Positions 1-12,000 of a stretch of 64,000 nt of DNA are shown here, piece by piece. This DNA is from Ostrea edulis. Its lineage: Eukaryota. Every line of letters starts with the position of its first letter. Positions within the stretch are counted from its first letter, which is position 1. Both the position numbers and the translations under genes were made by a program. The notes under the pieces were generated by a model, which saw only the letters and a list, made by a program, of their open reading frames with translations, had not been told where the DNA came from and ran no database searches. The stretch lies in assembly GCF_947568905.1 (NCBI RefSeq), contig NC_079172.1, positions 18,724,001-18,788,000 on the forward strand, given 5' to 3'.

Positions 1-1228
1 AAGTTGGTGCATCTTGAGCCCTTGAAACATATTTATAAAAAAAAGTAGGTCACAGTGACCTACTTTTTGAATTTTACAGATATTCAAATTTCACATTTTC
101 AATTTTAGATGCATATTTTGGGCACTGTAAAACCTAGGATCATCAAACTTTGTCAGTTGATGCGTCTTCAGTCTTCGGTTTGTGTCAACCAAAAAGTAAG
201 TCACCATGACCTACTTTTGGTATTTGACAGCTAAATTACTATATTTCAGACGCTATTTGACCTACAATCATCAAACTTTGTCAGTTGATGCATCTTGAGT
301 CTTCGGAGTGTATCGACCAAAAAGTAGGTCACTGTGACCTACTTTTGGCATTTGACAGTTATATTTATATATTTCAGTCACTAATTGACCTACAATCATC
401 AAACTTTGACAGTTGATGCATCTTGAGTCAACGGAGTGTGTCGACCAAAGAGTAGGTCACCTTGACCTACTTTTGGAATTTGACGGCTATATTTATATAT
501 TTCAGATACTATTTGACCTACAGTCATCAAACTTTGTCAGTTGATGGGTCTTGCATGTTCGAAAGGTTTCGACCAAAAAGTAGGTCAACTTGACCTACTT
601 TTGGAATTGGACACCTATATTTATATATTTCAGATACTATTTGACCTACAGTCATCAAACTTTGTCAGTTGATGCGTCTTGCATGTTCAAAGGGTGTTGA
701 CCAAAAAGTAGGTCACCTTGATCTACTTTTGGAATTGGACGGCTATATTTATATAATTATCAGATACTATTTGACCTACAGTCATCAAACTTTGTCAGTT
801 GTTGGGTCTTGCATGTTTGAAGGGTGTTGACGAAAAGGTAGGTCACCTTGACCTACTTTTGGAATTTGACGGCTATATTTATATATTTCAGATACTTTTT
901 GACATACAGTCATCAAACTTTGTCAGTTGATTGGTCTTGCATGTTCGGAGTTCGCTGACCAAAAAGTAGGTCACCATGACCTACGATTGGAATTTGACAG
1001 CTATATTTCAATATTCAGATACTAATTGGCTTAAAATCATCAAACTTTGTCAGTTGATATTTCTTGGGTTCTCAAAATGTGTAAACCAAAAAGTAGGTCA
1101 CATTGACCTACTTTTTTTGAATTCTTGGGATTTAACTAAAGATTTAGAATACTAAGAGGCTAAGAATAGAAATGGTGGGGTTGTACAATTTATCAGAAGA
1201 GCGATTCTAGGCCCTTGGGCCTCTTGTT
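1..1228 (+). mobile_element. 3' part of a Helentron-type non-autonomous element (HINE) with an internal 128-bp tandem repeat (~8.5 monomers)
   Basis: GTAGGTCAC recurs at 45, 196, 324, 452, 580, 708, 838, 966, 1093 (128-bp period after the first unit). Each monomer has the hairpin AAAAGTAGGTCA-nnn-TGACCTACTTTT. It ends in the family-typical terminal stem-loop AGGCCCTTGGGCCTCTTGTT (1209-1228), like the termini at 21929, 27605 and 45108. Confidence 0.8.
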
Positions 1229-1400
1229 TTGTTGAGTTATGGCCCTTGGAGTTGAGAAAATATCACTTTCCACACTTTTTTTTCGTCATGCTTTCAGATA
1301 TTCATTTGATATTTGGTGCATTGCTTTACCATTACAAGTTACAGATCATGTTTGAATTTTGTTCTGGTCCATTGATTTTCTTGGACAGAGAAAATATGGA
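1229..1400 (+). repeat. degraded Helentron-type internal repeat fragment
   Basis: GAGTTATGGCCCTTG...GATATTCATTTGATATTTGGT... wording is typical of oyster HINE central repeats; no termini seen. Confidence 0.4.
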
Positions 1401-1501
1401 ATTTGAATCTATCAGTTATGAGATTTATTCAGGGGGTGTGATTTTTCCTCTTTTCAGAGGAAATCCTCGGATTTGCTCAATTTTTGAAAAAATTAAACAC
1501 T

Positions 1502-2226
1502 CAGTGATTGGGATAAGCACGCGCCCTGCGCCATAGTCGCATTAAATCAAAAAATGGCACATAGAATATCGAAACACTGCGCCGTTGTGGCGCACATCGT
1601 CGATATACCTAATTTGAGCTTTTCCCCACTGACTTCGTAGATATACGAACTTTTCAACTTTTGAGCTGATCCCCCAATTAATCTATATCGATTAAGTGCT
1701 TGAAAAATCTTTATCGCTGTTAATACTTTAGTAATAGTACAACTTTACGTTCTTTTAAGCGCAAGTATGACTTAGATTTCCTCAGTGTCTAATCAAACAG
1801 TAAAAGGTTATCTGATTGGTTAATACTGTTAAATTGCAATTTTAATACGCACGGACTGGAGATGCCACGGAAAAAAATTCTTAAGCCTGACAAAGGCAAA
1901 CTGACTTTAATTTTCACCTTAATGATCAGCCAGTACTGGCAGTAGACACTGTAGGAGCAGAAGGAGACGATGACGCGGACAATCACGATTAGAATCCTTA
2001 CTTTAACAAAACGTAAATTTAACACAAATAATAAAAGTAAAGTTATCTATGGCATTGCAATCTGTCAGTAGTGTTTAGATTATAATTTACAGGTCTCTAG
2101 GACTTCGTCCTTTTAAAATGTCTCATAAAAATTTCAATATGGCGCATTCATTTTAGAAATGTCACATTGACACTAGCTGGTAACGCACCATTGTCACATT
2201 AAGCAATTTGCTTATCCCAATCACTG
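1502..2226. mobile_element. MITE / non-autonomous DNA transposon with 18-bp TIRs
   Basis: CAGTGATTGGGATAAGCA (1502-1519) and its exact reverse complement TGCTTATCCCAATCACTG (2209-2226). CACT lies directly on both flanks (possible 4-bp TSD). No coding capacity. Confidence 0.75.
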
Positions 2227-3269
2227 CACTCTGGATTTGATCTAAAGTGGCAGAAAATTATATTTTTCCAGGTAGGGTGAGGTGTTTTCCTCCCTTTTGG
2301 ACCAGTTTTCCTCTGATTTCTGAGGAATTCAGTCACATCCCTGTTTATTTAATGGGACCTGGTTATTCTTGTGTATAGACTGTTAATGTATTATTCGTGC
2401 AGAATATTATGCACATGACTTGACTTGGGACAGGTAGGGGACATTTATTGTTGATTTTAAAAAAAATGATATTCAAAAATCCTTAATTAGCATTGTAGAG
2501 TATTATCTTGGAGAAGTTTTATGACAGTAAAGTTGGTACAAAATAGACATTAGTAGAAGAGATTGTTGCTACACAATACACTTACAAAGTACTTCTACTA
2601 TGAAACATGTTGACTGCAAAAATGTTGTAATACTGAATGACTTTCTGAAATTACATAATCGCTTACATTGGAATGGAATGACAGAGAACTCTTAGTATTG
2701 TATTGCCTGCTGCTACCTCTCAAGTACGAATTCCGTAATCTGCGGTATGAAAGACGTTTAAAGAAATGTGAATTTAGGGTCTACAGGGTTACTCCGTTCA
2801 GAACAAGTAGATACTTTGTTATTCATAATGATATGCAATTAACACATTAAAATTAAAACAGTTGAAGTTTTTGTGGCATCGCTTGTATGTGAGCGGATTA
2901 TTATGCAAGGTCTGCAAGTTCATCTCTCTCTGAGCCTCGTAGCTTCAATGGCTCTAATTCTGACTTAGATTTTATAGCAAGAACACTTAGAAAATGAATC
3001 ACTTTTATCGTTTTGAAAATGCTGTGTAGATTATGTACTTAATCTTGTGATGAAAAACAACAGTGAGAAACTAAATTTATCTGCCACCAATGATCAATAT
3101 AAAGAATCTTTATTTTTAATGTGATAATAAAATTTCTTGTTGAATCACTTGAGATAAGTCTAAAGAAACAATGTCATTTGTTAGTTTCTATCAACCTAGT
3201 TTTCTCTAAAAAAAAAAAAAAACAACAATATTTAAGACTAGCTTATGTACAAAATTGTTTACAGCATTG

Positions 3270-3720
3270 TTTTGTTAGCACATCTAAGTGAAGAGTGGAA
3301 TGAGCTATTGCCAGCACAAGGCATCTGTCATCTGTATTTCCATGTGTTTAAACATTTTAAATTTTAATCTTCTCCTCTCAAATAACTGCATGTCAAGTAT
3401 TCAAAATTGGAAATATGTTGTCTTGTGGTCTTGAAATGTCAATACTTTTTGGACCCTTTGGCCAATATGGCGAGTGTGGCATCTGTTTGACTGAGACGAA
3501 ACTTCTCTAGAGAGACTGCATGGTAGCTAGGCCACCAAACATGATACAATTGTGTCTCTTTTGGTCCTATAGAAGTGTCGTTATTTTCTGCAGTGAAGTA
3601 AATTCCAGCATGGCCACCATGGCAGATGATAAGCAGAGACAGCTAGAAAACATAAAACATGAGTTTCTATAATGGTCATGAAAAAGTGTGTGGTCAGAAT
3701 TCTGAAATTATTTCAAGACT
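3270..3720 (+). mobile_element. degraded 5' portion of a Helentron-type element
   Basis: TTAGCACATCTAAGTGAAGAGTGGAATGAGCTATTGCC...TCTGTCATCTG resembles the TTTAGCTCACCTGAG...GTGAGCT left end plus GTCT microsatellite seen intact at 26022. Confidence 0.45.
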
Positions 3721-3824
3721 TTTTTGACCGGTTAAGACAATTTTTCTTCTTCTTCAGAACATACAACATACACTCCTGAGGTGTGGAGATTGGATGGTTT
3801 TGATTAATCATTTTTGACCCTGGT

Positions 3825-4527
3825 TATTTAACTGATATCCACTGAAGAGTAAATGACCTGTCTATTTAGCTGATATCCACTGAATAGTAAATGACCTGTC
3901 TATTTAGCTGATATCCACTGAATAGTAAATGACCTGTCTATTTAGCTGATATCCACTAAATGGTAAATGACCTGTCTATTTAGCTGATATCCACTGAATA
4001 GTAAATGACCTGTCTATTTAGATGATATCCACTGAATAGTAAATGACCTGTCTATTTAGCTGATATCCACTGAATAGTAAATGACCTGTCTATTTAGCTG
4101 ATATCCACTGAATAGTAAATGACCTGTCTATTTAGCTGATATCCACTGAATTGTAAATGACCTGTCTATTTAGCTGATATCCACTGAATTGTAAATGACC
4201 TGTCTACTTAGCTGATATCCACTGAATTGTAAATGACCTGTCTATTTAGCTGATATCCACTGAATTGTAAATGACCTGTCTATTTAGCTGATATCCACTG
4301 AATAGTAAATGACCTGTCTATTTAGCTGATATCCACTGAATTGTAAATGACCTGTCTATTTAGCTGATATCCACTGAATTGTAAATGACCTGTCTACTTA
4401 GCTGATATCCACTGAATTGTAAATGACCTGTCTATTTAGCTGATATCCACTGAATAGTAAATGACCTGTCTATTTAGCTGATATCCACTGAATTGTAAAT
4501 GACCTGTCTATTTAGCTGATATCCACT
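3825..4527. repeat. 38-bp minisatellite, ~18.5 copies
   Basis: Unit GCTGATATCCACTGAAT(A/T)GTAAATGACCTGTCTA(T/C)TTA. CTGATATCC occurs at 3832, 3870, 3908 ... 4516 (18 periods of 38). Confidence 0.95.
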
Positions 4528-4580
4528 CAGCAGAGTGTTCTTGTAGGTGTAGTTAAATTTGAGATGAGATGTGGGAAAGG

Positions 4581-4880
4581 TTTAGCTCACCCGAGCTAAA
4601 GGTTATTGTGAGCTTTTCATATCAACATTTTTTCGTGTGTGTCTGTCTGTCCATCTGTCTGTTTGATGTTTGTTATGCATACACATTTCATTTCCATCTT
4701 CTCAAGAACTAATGGGCCAAACATCGTAAGATAAAAGTTCTATTCAAATGAATGTCCATTCCACGAGATGATTAAAGAAAATGTGAAGATAGGATGAAGG
4801 GTTTAAAAGTCTTATTATCAAGAGCCATTGAACCAAAAAAAAAATCAAAACTTGGATATAAGCTTCCTCACATATTGCAT
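4581..4880 (+). mobile_element. 5' fragment of Helentron-type element
   Basis: TTTAGCTCACCCGAGCTAAAGGTTATTGTGAGCTTTTC left end followed by a (GTCT)n tract and a degenerate Cg170-like unit. Confidence 0.65.
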
Positions 4881-4897
4881 AATGGAAAATTCATGTA

Positions 4898-5080
4898 CAG
4901 GTAACTCTCATTAGCTCTAACTTCGTGGTCTCGAGAAGTGAAATCATGGTCTCTGGTTTTTTCCCCTCTATTCTATATAACTAAGCAAATTTACTCTCTA
5001 TCTCTCGAACTTTTGATCTTGAGAAGCGAAATTTAGGTCTCGTGAAACATATTTCATTGTTTTCATTCTTGATAACTTGA
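4898..5080 (+). mobile_element. fragment of TA-flanked Tc1/mariner (pogo/Tigger-like) MITE
   Basis: TA|CAGGTAACTCTC start resembles the TIR of the complete element at 52265-53183; TCTCGA(G/A) subrepeats; no right TIR. Confidence 0.5.
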
Positions 5081-5151
5081 TGTGATAGTAGCGTATACAC
5101 ATATTTAGTGGTTGTAGCATATTTCATTCAAGAAAATCATATTAGATACAT

Positions 5152-5560
5152 TTAAAGGAGGTACTCTACATCGTCATAATGGCTGACTTCCATTTAAAAC
5201 ATGAATGAAAATATAAGTTTCAGCAATATTTGTCTATATTCATTTAAAAAAAATTCACCTAGCTGAGTAGCTCAGTAGGTTAGCATGTTGACTGCTGAAC
5301 TGTAGATCGTGGGTTCAAGTCCAGCAGGGGCTTTAAATTTTTTCCTAATTTCTTTGTACTAAAACTGCATTTTTTGACTAAAGAAAGTAAATTCAAAAGT
5401 TTTCAATTTCAAAATATTGTTGTACATACACTACCCACCATAAATAAGTATACACATAAGCTTTTTACACATTTTGACATGAAATATATTCAATATAAAA
5501 GAGAGCTGAATTCACTGTGTATAACTTTCAATTTATCTCAGTAAAATAATCAGTAAAGGG
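5152..5560 (+). mobile_element. truncated TTAA|AG-terminal (Kolobok-like) element carrying a tRNA-derived segment at 5262-5331
   Basis: Starts TTAAAGGAGG. Contains an A-box-like TAGCTCAGTAGGT (5268-5280) and a B-box-like GGTTCAAGTCC (5312-5322). Matching right end not found; superfamily is inferred from the termini only. Confidence 0.5.
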
Positions 5561-5715
5561 TACAACTTCAATATAGGGGAAAAAATAATGGACATTTAAT
5601 GTTTTTGGTGAAGTCTGTTAAATTGTGATATTGATTTATCTACTGTGAAAAATCAAAGGGTCTTGTAAAAATACACACCAAATTCAAAAATTCAGAAAAT
5701 GAAGTATTTTAATAA

Positions 5716-6850
5716 AAAACTAGTTCTAATTGTAACGGGGACCGTTACAGATGTTCCCCAAACCTCCCCCAATTAAAAAGTGATGTCCTTGTGAATCTAT
5801 AGGAAAAAATCATTTTATTTTAGCCTTTAATTACATGTAGTACGTTCAATATGGTCATTTCAGTACCAAGAAATGAAAGAAAGTGTTGCACGTGCATACA
5901 CGCGCACGCGTGTATGATTCCGAATTTTTGTTGATGTCGTTCAACTGGCATTTGTATCATATACCCACAGTATGAATTTCATAACGTTTCCACCAAATAT
6001 AAGGAAGTTATAGCGATTTTAAAATCGTCCAATCAGAAATCAGCACACGTGCATGTACGTGCTGAGCAGTAATTCTAACCACAGCAATTTGTAAGGAGTA
6101 CCAAGATACATCTAAACCCCTAATATGAATAGAATTTGATGAAAAACAAAAACGTTATCGTCCTTTAAAAATTGAACATTTAAAAAACGTTGCACGCGCA
6201 TGCGCGTGTGCGTTGGCATTTTTTGTTACATCAACATATAGATACACATATTGTCTACATATGCTGTGAATATCATCTCATTCGCTTCATAAATAAGATA
6301 GTTACAAACGTTTTAGCATTATCCAATCAAAATGAAGCGCACGTGCATGCGCGTGCAAATTGGTAATTTTGACCATGTAAATCAGTTAAGGGTCTCAATA
6401 TATACCTATGATATGAATTTCAAGCCATTTCAATGAACAACAAAAAAGTTAGACTGATTCCAAAGTTAGCGTACAAATTTTGTAATGCGCGTGCACGCGC
6501 ATGCGTGCGCGTGCTGGCAAAATAACTATTATTTTTCATATGTACAAATGATATACTATCATCCTATTTAGGTTTTATATCGCTTCCTTCAATATTCTGA
6601 TTTTCCATTTTTTGTACCAAAATTGCAATGCACGTGCGCGCGCGTGCATGCACGTGCAAACAAAATGACTATCACTATGCACATCTACAAACGCTATACT
6701 ATCATCCTGGAAAGTTTCATATCGATCCCTTTTGTAGTTTCTGAGAACACTACCGGACAAAAAAGTACCGGAGAAAAAGAATAATAATAATAATAATAAG
6801 AAACAGAGTAAAAACAATATGTTCCCAAACTTTGTTTGGGGAACATAATA
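5716..6850 (-). mobile_element. Helentron-type element with divergent ~150-bp internal repeats
   Basis: Terminal hairpins GTTCCCAAAC-TTT-GTTTGGGGAAC (~6821-6844) and TGTAACGG-GGA-CCGTTACA (5731-5749); (ATA)n microsatellite at 6780-6799; six GCACGCGCATGCGCGTGC-like palindromes spaced ~150 bp apart. Related left ends at ~34975, ~35440 and ~43750. Confidence 0.7.
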
Positions 6851-7103
6851 AGGATATAAAAAGTTAAAAGCCTAATGTCATCTATATATATGTAAGAATT
6901 ATGTATTTTGCATTAAAAAAAATCTGTATCAATGATGTAACATATTTTATATGCGCAAGTAACTTATTTTGGTGAGTGTATACTTATTTATGGTGGGCAG
7001 TGTATCCTCCAGTTTTCATCCATATCAAATTTCTCTGGTGTGCATTCTTCCTTAATTGGATTTTAAATGTTTAATGTACATTTCCTTCAATCTTTTGTTG
7101 TAG

Positions 7104-7154
7104 ATATTTATGAACAACTTAAGTTTAACCTCTACCAAGATGATGCTGTTACAG
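7104..7154 (+). CDS. PSMD1: 26S proteasome non-ATPase regulatory subunit 1 (Rpn2), internal exon: (D)IYEQLKFNLYQDDAVT(G)
   Basis: TTGTTGTAG| acceptor, |GTATGG donor, 51 nt, phase 1/1. Matches the human PSMD1 segment DVYDLLKTNLYQDDAVTG. Confidence 0.93.
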
Positions 7155-7378
7155 GTATGGTTAATCATTTCATCCTTTTTATTTTGGGTCAGATTCAAAT
7201 AAATGCAAATTTTCCTAATATATATATGTGTATCACTGTATATAAATAGTAAAAGGATTTTTTTTTTCAATATTTACATTATTCTCGATAATATAATTAG
7301 AGGGATATTTTAAGATAAGTGTATTCTCAAGGATTGAAAACATTGGTTGATATTGCTTATATATCTGACTGTATCTAG

Positions 7379-7455
7379 GTGAAGCAGCTGGCATTGCTAT
7401 GGGACTGGTCATGTTGGGTACCAAACAGTCCACAGCCATTGAGGACATGGTGGCT
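7379..7455 (+). CDS. PSMD1: PSMD1 internal exon: (G)EAAGIAMGLVMLGTKQSTAIEDMVA
   Basis: TATCTAG| acceptor, |GTAAGT donor, 77 nt; frame continuous with the flanking exons. Matches human [26 protein letters not shown]. Confidence 0.96.
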
Positions 7456-7529
7456 GTAAGTTATTTTTACATCAAAGTACTGAGAGAATAAAAATGAGTA
7501 AGGTAGTTGCCTTGGTGAGATCTTGCTAT

Positions 7530-7710
7530 GTTTTATACACGTGTATTCCTTTTGAAAAGATCTTTCTTTAGGTAGAATTTTCTTTGACCTCTTGACATTG
7601 GAATTTGACCTACTTTTGAAAAATGTTAACCTTTGCCATAACTTTTGAATGGTTAGTACTAAGGTTTTTATATTTCACATGTGTTTTCCATGTGGCAAGA
7701 CCTGTATCTG
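7530..7710 (+). repeat. fragment of Helentron-type internal repeat (same family as 42834-43230)
   Basis: Shared AACCTTTGCCATAACTTTTGAATGG...TATTTCACATGTG...GGCAAGACC wording. Confidence 0.55.
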
Positions 7711-7883
7711 CATCAGTGTTTTACAAACACATCTTATAAATTTTTTTGGTAAAGTAGTGAATTCTACCTGATATGATCAGATCTTTTAAGGTATCAGTAG
7801 TTTTAGAATGTGATGTTTTTTGGTGTTTGCACCCATTAACAATTTTACATTTCTTAACTATTCTTTTTTCCTGTATTTCGTAG

Positions 7884-8099
7884 TATGCCAAGGAAACTCA
7901 GCATGAGAAGATCCTGCGAGGTCTAGCCTTGGGGATTGCCTTGACGATGTATGGCCGGCTTGAGGAGGCAGATGCTCTGATTGAAAGCCTGTGTATGGAC
8001 AAGGACCCCATCCTTAGGTGGTCAGGCATGTTCACCATCGCCATGGCATACTGTGGTTCAGGAAGTAATCAAGCCATTCGCAAACTCCTACATGTTGCA
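7884..8099 (+). CDS. PSMD1: PSMD1 internal exon: [72 protein letters not shown] (PC-repeat region)
   Basis: TTTCGTAG| acceptor, |GTAAGC donor, 216 nt, phase 0/0. Near-identical to human PSMD1 [72 protein letters not shown]. Confidence 0.98.
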
Positions 8100-8296
8100 G
8101 TAAGCATAACGTTTTTAGGCCAATTTTTCTTTTTAAATTGGTTTACAGATTTCAAAATTTAAAAATCCGTTCGGAGGAGGTAAAAAAAAAAAAAAGTTCA
8201 AATGACAAAATGTTAATAAAATGAACTTGATTTGAGGTCAATGTTTTATTATCAACTTTAATATTCTCTTCACTGTCAACTTCAGATGGTGGTATA

Positions 8297-9030
8297 TAGC
8301 AACTATTGTGCACCTTGGCAACAATGCTGTTTCCTTCAAAAATGTTATTTGTTTATTAAATTAACTTTCTATCATTATCAAATGTCCATTGTTTATCGTT
8401 TAGTTATGTAAATCCCAAAATAAAAGAACCACATCGTTTTTCCATTCAAAAGATGGCATCCATGACGTATATAGGGACACACTAATCACCTGAAGTACTA
8501 ATATCCTGACTGACCTTACCAAGCATATATTTTGTCTAAAAATTTACTTTTAAGTTTTAAAGTCTTATTTATGAAGTCAATTAAAGTTATAAATAAAATT
8601 CATGAACCCTATAAACATTTATTCAAAAATTCTGAATTTTTATATAGGTCAGATCAATTTATTGTTGGTAGTCAACAAATTTTATACAATAAATGAATTC
8701 AATAATGTTAAATATGTTTTCAACCTCCTTCAATATATGAAGAATTACACATATTAATTATGAAGAATATTTCTTTAAAATTCATTAATAAGAATTTAAA
8801 AGTGTATCCTCAGCAAAATGTATGCATGGTAAGGTCAGGTTTAGGTGATTAGTGCAACCCAACGTACGTCATGGATGCCATCTGAAAACAAGTGTTTGTT
8901 TTTATTTTGGGATTTACATATCTAAATGGTATGCAATGCATAACTAATGCTACTTAGAAGTTATTTTCATAAACAGATAACTTATTGGAAGCAAAAAGCA
9001 TTGTTACTAAGGTGCAGAATAATTGTTAGC
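8297..9030. mobile_element. fold-back MITE with long imperfect inverted arms
   Basis: Paired segments: TGCACCTTGGCAACAATGCT / AGCATTGTTACTAAGGTGCA, ATGTAAATCCCAAAATAAAA / TTTTATTTTGGGATTTACAT, and AGATGGCATCCATGACGTA (8451-8469) / TACGTCATGGATGCCATCT (~8864-8882). Confidence 0.75.
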
Positions 9031-12000
9031 ACCGGCTGAAGTTGACTAATATTCCACACATGAATATTATGGACTGTCCCAAGATTTCAACAGAGGCGTC
9101 TGTCCAAATATCCAGTCCAGCGGAATCTATTTTCTTTTCTTTCTTTTTTTTTTTTTTTGTGAAAAGGAAAAATTACAGCGTCGGAAATATAAAAAGAAGT
9201 GAAAAACCATTTAATTTTTTTTCCAACATCCCAAAAAATCAGTGCGTAGCATCCGTAAACCAACTCTATAAAAAAAAAAAGGCCTTATGGTTTTCTCTTT
9301 GTGGCACACAACATGTACTGCTTGACAAGCATGAAATTTGTAAAATGATTTTTGCGGTCACTATTCATGTGATTTACTGTGTATGTTGGTCCATGAATTT
9401 GGTAGTGGAAGACACAGGAAGTTCTGCTGCTTAGCCCATTATGCATGCATGTTCAGGTTGGGTGGGTGGGTGCCACAGGCCATGATTCAGTATAGAACAT
9501 CAACCCAGTTTGTCTGGTTTTTTCTTTGCAAGTGACAGAGTAGAAACATTAAAGACATGCTCTGTGTAAGTCACTTAGCAAATTCATTCTAATGGAAAAA
9601 TCATCACTTGAACAATAATGATAATTATCATGGCATAATTTTCATGGTCAATCACCATTAACTGTTCATTTTTCCGGACCAATTTAATGAATGAGACACC
9701 TGAGTGACATAGATCTTTCTTTATTTTACTATGTTGTGTAAGGATGTTGTCCGGGCCATAAAATGAAGGACAAGTGAACTCATTTCCTCCACTCTCTACC
9801 AGCTCTTATGTGTTGCTCTACATAATGGAGAAGATAAATTGGGGTTATTGGAAATCATGTGCTGCAAAGAACTCACGTCATGCATAATCAATGGGGGAGA
9901 AAGAGCCTTATATAACTCATAAATATTCATTATTCCAATATGGTATAATCTTAAAATTTGGACTTTTTATGTGTTATGATTATGGTCATTATATCCTAAA
10001 GAGTAAAGATCATGGATTTTATTTAAGTCTGCCTGTCCACAGCTATAATCTTGGTTATAACTTTTGAGCTATACAAGATTGAAAATTTGTAATTGATAAA
10101 TTGAAAGGTCAAAGGTAAAGGCAAAGTTCATATGTCAAGGTCAGAAGTCAAATTTTAAGCAGGTCATCCTCTTTAAACCAAACAATTTAAAGACTTTATA
10201 TTTAAGTGAGTGATTATTCAAGGTCAAAACTTTGAAGGGTCAACAAATTAGATCGAATTACTGCAGGAGGATATTATTGCCATGTTTGTCATTTTAAAAG
10301 AAAATATATCTAAATACAGATTGAACTGATGTTAATTTGAATTCTCTCTGTTGTTGTCTAGCTTTCTGTATGATGCGTTCTTAATAACATAACTTAATTG
10401 TAGATTGTAACAATCCTTATCAGCTAACTGTTCCATTGTCCTCAACAAATATTTGTGGTTTATGATTTATTAGAAAGATGTATTGTGAAATTGTGTATTT
10501 CTTCAAAATTAAAGAAAATATGATTTACCTTTTATTTTGAAGAAATCTAATATATATAATGTCAGATGTTGAGAGTGAAGGGTTACTTGTTAGCTGAAGA
10601 AAAACAGCCATTATGAGACATTAATATTGTTTTGCAAGAATGCAGTGCTCTCTATAAATACATCAGATCATGATGTGTCAGGGGATCAGCTTAGTGCAGG
10701 ATTTGATATAGTATGCTGTAGCTCAAGAAAATTGTTCAATCGTGCGGCACTAGCAGGCAGTACATGTCATAAAGTCTAGGATTTTGAAACAAACATGTCA
10801 CTTTTATTTGGATTTAGCTAAAAATCTAGAATTGGTAGACAATCCCAGTAATTAAATTTTGCATGAGAATATCTTCCATGAAGAAGCAGTTTGCTTGAAT
10901 CGAACGTGAGTTGCCATAAGCCGAAAGAGGTGTCAGGGATCTCATGATGGGTTTTTACTACATTTTAGTACTTTTTCTTGTCATATAATCTGATTCTATG
11001 TTGGTAATTTGAGCTGTTATACAGAGGAGGCTTTTAAAGGTGAACTCTTGCTTCAACTAATGACAGAGCATAAGAGAATTAAATGTCAGGAAAATGATAC
11101 AAGGATTGTCTCTTAAAGGGAGGTTAATATGTCATCATTTGTTACTTCATCGGATTTATTGTTCTCTGAGGGATAACAAAACAACTAGATTTGTTTCTTG
11201 CATAGATTCTTCTGATATCCGGATTTTGTTTACAACCTCAATTATATAATTCCATATTACTCGTTATGAAACTGTATCAACCTTGATCAATATGTAGATT
11301 ACACAAGTACCGACATATTGTGATTTTTTTAAAAACACTTTGGATTTGTATCTCAGACTGGTGAATTCTAAAGAGTTTTGAAATTTTGTTAGTTTCAGAC
11401 AGATGTACAAATTCCAATATATTTTAATTGTAACACTCTTTTCTGATAAATATAATAGTTGCCATTACAATTTAATAGTGTTTGACAATTATATTTGGTT
11501 AAAAAAAAACTATATTGTTTGATCTAAACCTTAGATTTCTTAGAATTTGTGTTACTGTAGCTATTGTTAATGATTAATCTATATTTCAAAACTTCGATAC
11601 ATTTCAGAATCTGTAAACTATCTATGATAGGTATATATGCACCTTCATACAAATCAGTACAGGACGTTAAATATTGTTTGTAAATAGGTGAATAATTCTT
11701 AGAAAATCGTGAAGATATGTGTATCAGGGGAAGAAAAAAGACAGAACATAAAAAAGAGGGAATCTAATTATTGCTTTGCAGGTGAGCAGGGAGTTTTCTG
11801 GTTTTTAGGGATTGCAGAGAGTGGTCCCTTGCTGAGGCCAAGTGAACTCTTCTCGTAGGTTGAGGAAGGTGTCTGTATTGTTGGGTTGATGTGATTGCAT
11901 TGTCATGTTGCCGTGATAAACTTCACAGGAGACACAGCTTGTAGAGATTAGAGAGAAAAACTTTACACTATTCATTATGTTTGTATGCTGTTTTGATATC

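Noticed and set aside
1-4527. CRISPR-like appearance of the palindromic 128-bp repeats and the 38-bp array
   Set aside because: The sequence between repeated motifs is itself repeated (no unique spacers), there are no cas genes, and the context is a spliceosomal eukaryotic gene.
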